Shown here: positions 37,231 to 40,249 of the stretch, in pieces | Numbering within the stretch: position 1 is the first letter of the stretch | Layout of the letters: each line of letters opens with the position of its first letter | Source of the DNA: Blastocystis sp. subtype 4 | Lineage: Eukaryota | DNA: 40,249 nt | Assembly: GCF_000743755.1 (NCBI RefSeq) | Contig: NW_014569479.1 | Span: 1-40,249, forward strand | Direction: 5' to 3' | Notes under the pieces: generated by a model | What the model was told of the DNA's origin: nothing | The model's database searches: none | Seen by the model: the letters and a program-made list of their open reading frames with translations, nothing else | Translations under genes and position numbers: made by a program

Positions 37231-39926
37231 CTAGTCATCAAATTCGATGCTTCCTAAACGATCAAGATACTTGCACATTTTCTTCACCCGATCCTTCAAT
37301 GCTGGCTTATCTTCCACACGAGGTTTAATCGATGATTTCAAGAAGACCATAAGGCCATCACGGACAGACATTTTGTCAGCATCTGAACCAATCCGAGCTA
37401 CACAAGCCGTAAAAATGTCATCAGCTGAGACAGAAAGGAAATGAATTAAAAACTGAGATAAGAAATATTCCATATTCTCGTCCAAATGAGTAAAATCAAC
37501 GATCCTCAAGATCGACATGGATAAAACGAAGTTCTGAATCAAATCTATTGTTAAGATCTAGTTATGGATTCGTGAAAGGATATTTGAAAAGAGAGTAGCC
37601 AGATTCGCTAACTTCTGCTTACTATAATCCTGAATACTCTTGAAAATATCTTGATAAGACAATTGAAGAGTGAAACGATGAGAAGGTTTACTCTTACATA
37701 ACTGATTCAACAGATAGCAATAATAGGGATTGTACTGTTTTTCCTACACATCAACAAATGAATGTAAACTTGCTCTAGCAACGCATACCAAAATAATACG
37801 AATAATCTCTCTCTCTTGAACAGAAGGAAGATTAAGTTTCAATAGCTTATCAAATGTCTCCATATAGTCAGATCCAGTAATAATCACAATGAAGATAGCT
37901 CTAGATATGAGATTCTTGTTCTACTCCCACTTTCGCACACTTGTATTCATATGAAGTTTCTCTGCTGCCTTCAGCACCTTCGGATCAGCCTCAGCAATTA
38001 ATCGACTAATTGAGGTCTTCTTCTCCTGTGCCACATCTCGTTTCACTGGCTTGTATTGTGCTCCCAAAACCCACCAGCGACCATTAGTGGGAATATTTCG
38101 AATATCTGTTAGACCAATACTGAGAGGCGTGTTATTAGCACCAAAGGTCTTGGAAATGAGATTCCGAAGTACTGTTGTCTTATCCTTTTCCTGCTTCATC
38201 TCAGCAGAATCACGGTTATTCTTAACATTGTAGACAACTTCAAGCATCATCTGAACTCGAGAATTTTGTCTTTATCTGACTCCTTCTTTTTATTCCTACT
38301 TCCACTCATCACTGTCCGCCTTCTGCTTGATTGCAAGGATCAAATCCTTCAGATCACTGGGAGAATCACCTCGTAGCTTAAAACCGGCAATCTTCATCAC
38401 AACGAAGATGCTCTCAATGTCCAGTTCTGTGAAGTGTTCAGCACATTCCTTCAGAAGATCCAACAATAGCGTAGACGTAGTCAGATTGAATACATACAGA
38501 TAGGCAATAAAAACGATAATATTAACAGAGTTCTTGGTATATTCCACATGTTCATTTGACTATTCTATTATCACTATACATTTCATACTTGATGATCATG
38601 TTCTTCCACAGCTGCTTTATATTCACTCTCATAACATTCAACAATCTTTTCCACAGTAAACGATACTGCATTCATATCACTGCTTTGTTGTGCTGCAGCA
38701 ATCAGCCCAGCATATAAACGAATGAAGTGTTGAATTACCTTAAATGGATTCTTGATGGCTGCTAATAGCGTATTGAAAAGTCCGAGACGAACACTGTTCT
38801 TTGGATACTTTGCAAAAATCGAAACCAGCGTCTATATGAAAGGAGAGATAAAATTGTACTTGGCACATGGTAATGAATGTCTCATCAGTGACTTTGTTGA
38901 CAACTTCACGAATCTGTTTCAGTGCTGCCTGTTCCAGTTCGTCATCTGTTTCTGTAGATTTGTTCCTTAGATGAGGAGGAACGTATTTGGATGTGAATTG
39001 TCTGAGTTCCTCTTCTTTCCCTTCCTTAACACGACCATAAATGTCAGTAATGTCTTCATATCGTATTTCCTGGTCCTTGTTTTCATTTATGGTGACAGGT
39101 GAGGTTTCATTCTCATTATCCTCTTCTTCATTGCTGTCTTCTTCTTCTTCTTCGCTAGGTACGTCACTAGGTATGTCACTAGGGATATCACTAGGTATGT
39201 CACTCGGGATGTCACTCGGCACATCACTTGGTACATCATCATTCAACAAGGCTTCATCATCATCTATTACCATATCATTTGTAATCTCTTCCTCTTCACT
39301 AACACTCTCCAACTCCTTTTCCTCCTTTCCACTCTCATCGACAACTTTCATGCCATTCTTCTTAGCAAACGACTTCAAAAAATCTACATCAACCAAACCA
39401 TCGCTAGTGTCATCATCTTCGCCATCATCCTCCCCAATATCCTTCGGAATACTACTTGCTTCCTTTTCCAGAAGATTCATATCAAATTTTCTGTCAGAAG
39501 TTGACTTGAGTTTTCCCTTCGTAGGCCCGTTTTTCACTTGCTGCTGTAGAGAAGCAATTTCCTTAGCTGATAAATCCTTCGCAATGACATCCATATCAGG
39601 GTCTTCCATAACATGATCCATTTGATCAAGAAAACTCATAATATCGTCTCCAAAACCATCATCTTTCAATTCTTTGTTTAGACGCTTCCTTTCGTCTTTA
39701 ATTCCCTTTTTATTACTTCCAGAAAGTCCAAGTTTCTTTTCCAAGTACTCAATCTCACGATCATCCTCTTCGAGTTGATGTCTTGTCAACTATCACTAAA
39801 TAAACACTAACATATGACTACTTCACTCATTGTATCGAGTCTAGCCCTTTTATCATTCTCCTCTCGAATAGCTTCCGAATCATTTTTTTGGGTCCTCTTC
39901 TTTGATTTACCTCGTTTTGATTGCAT
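37231..39926 (-). CDS. NOM1: Nucleolar MIF4G/MA3 domain protein NOM1 (Sgd1)
   Basis: EDDREIEYLEKKLG, acidic linker, DIYGR, KYVPPHLR, MIF4G helices, GRWWVLG, HMNTSVRK, and an MA3 region (QEREIIRII, YNPYY, NLATLF). Multiple ~30-nt introns. Confidence 0.85.
37545..37583 (-). other. U12-type intron, AT-AG termini, 39 nt
   Basis: 5' ATATCCTTT, branch TCTTAAC, 3' AATAG. It contains an in-frame TAG, and removal gives NLATLFSN-LIQNFVLS. Confidence 0.8.
39154..39237 (-). repeat. 7 x 12-nt coding repeat (D[VI]PS) in NOM1 acidic linker
   Basis: DVPS DVPS DIPS DIPS DIPS DIPS DVPS. Confidence 0.9.
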
Positions 39927-40193
39927 TTTCTGTTTTCGGCACCAATTCAATGACTCGATGGAACTCTCTATGAAATGATTTGTGGTTTCCTAATATCAGT
40001 TTCTATCGGAACAAAATCTCTGTAAGTGTTGCAGAGTTGATAGAAAGGAAAACGGAACATTCTCTGCAATATGCTGCCTAATTGTTCGCAAAAAGTACCT
40101 ACATTTGATGTCAAATTGGGACATTCTTCTAGAATCTTCGTCAAATCGAATATCAAATCAGATTTTCTTTCATCTATTGAAGTGAATTGAAAA

Positions 40194-40249
40194 ATGCGAA
40201 AGATTGTGATTGCTTTAATTGCTCTTGCAGCCGTTGCTTTGGCTGAGGA
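40194..40249 (+). CDS. 5' end of a signal-peptide-bearing protein (truncated by window)
   Basis: MRKIVIALIALAAVALAE: basic n-region, hydrophobic core and an A-L-A cleavage motif. Confidence 0.6.
   Translation, partial: MRKIVIALIALAAVALAE

Noticed and set aside
39041..39616. 191-aa Ser-rich plus-strand ORF with SLGM/SLGT repeats
   Set aside because: It is antisense to the acidic NOM1 linker and the D[VI]PS repeat.
39968..40156. 62-aa minus-strand ORF upstream of NOM1
   Set aside because: It has a non-ATG start and no recognisable motif, and it lies in a divergent promoter region. It cannot be supported without expression data.

Overview
Compact, AT-rich eukaryotic nuclear DNA, not prokaryotic. 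Three features together point strongly to the gut stramenopile Blastocystis (inference): GT-AG introns of 28-33 nt, intergenic gaps often under 100 bp, and a TGTTTGTT element just downstream of many gene ends. Manual splicing gives about 18 genes. In order: MCM7 (5' partial); a ~15.7 kb gene for a ~5,100-aa surface protein (signal peptide, Cys-rich repeats, ~20 cadherin repeats, ~12 IPT/TIG repeats, ~9-TM C-terminus); an HHxxxDG acyltransferase; MCM8; a membrin/Bos1-type SNARE; a hypothetical protein; a CaMKK-like kinase; an ornithine-decarboxylase-like protein with a degenerate active site; a small Zn-finger protein; a MORN-repeat protein; a low-complexity protein; an acylated EEKP-repeat protein; a coiled-coil protein; a secreted protein; a Tom7-like protein and a YciI-like protein (both absent from the ORF track); NOM1; and the start of a secreted protein. 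The main observations are the giant cadherin/IPT/multipass receptor, five 39-42 nt U12-type introns (AT-AC, AT-AG and AT-AT ends), stop codons likely completed by polyadenylation, and back-to-back inverted polyadenylation elements shared by convergent genes. All splicing was done by eye, and two N gaps interrupt the giant gene.
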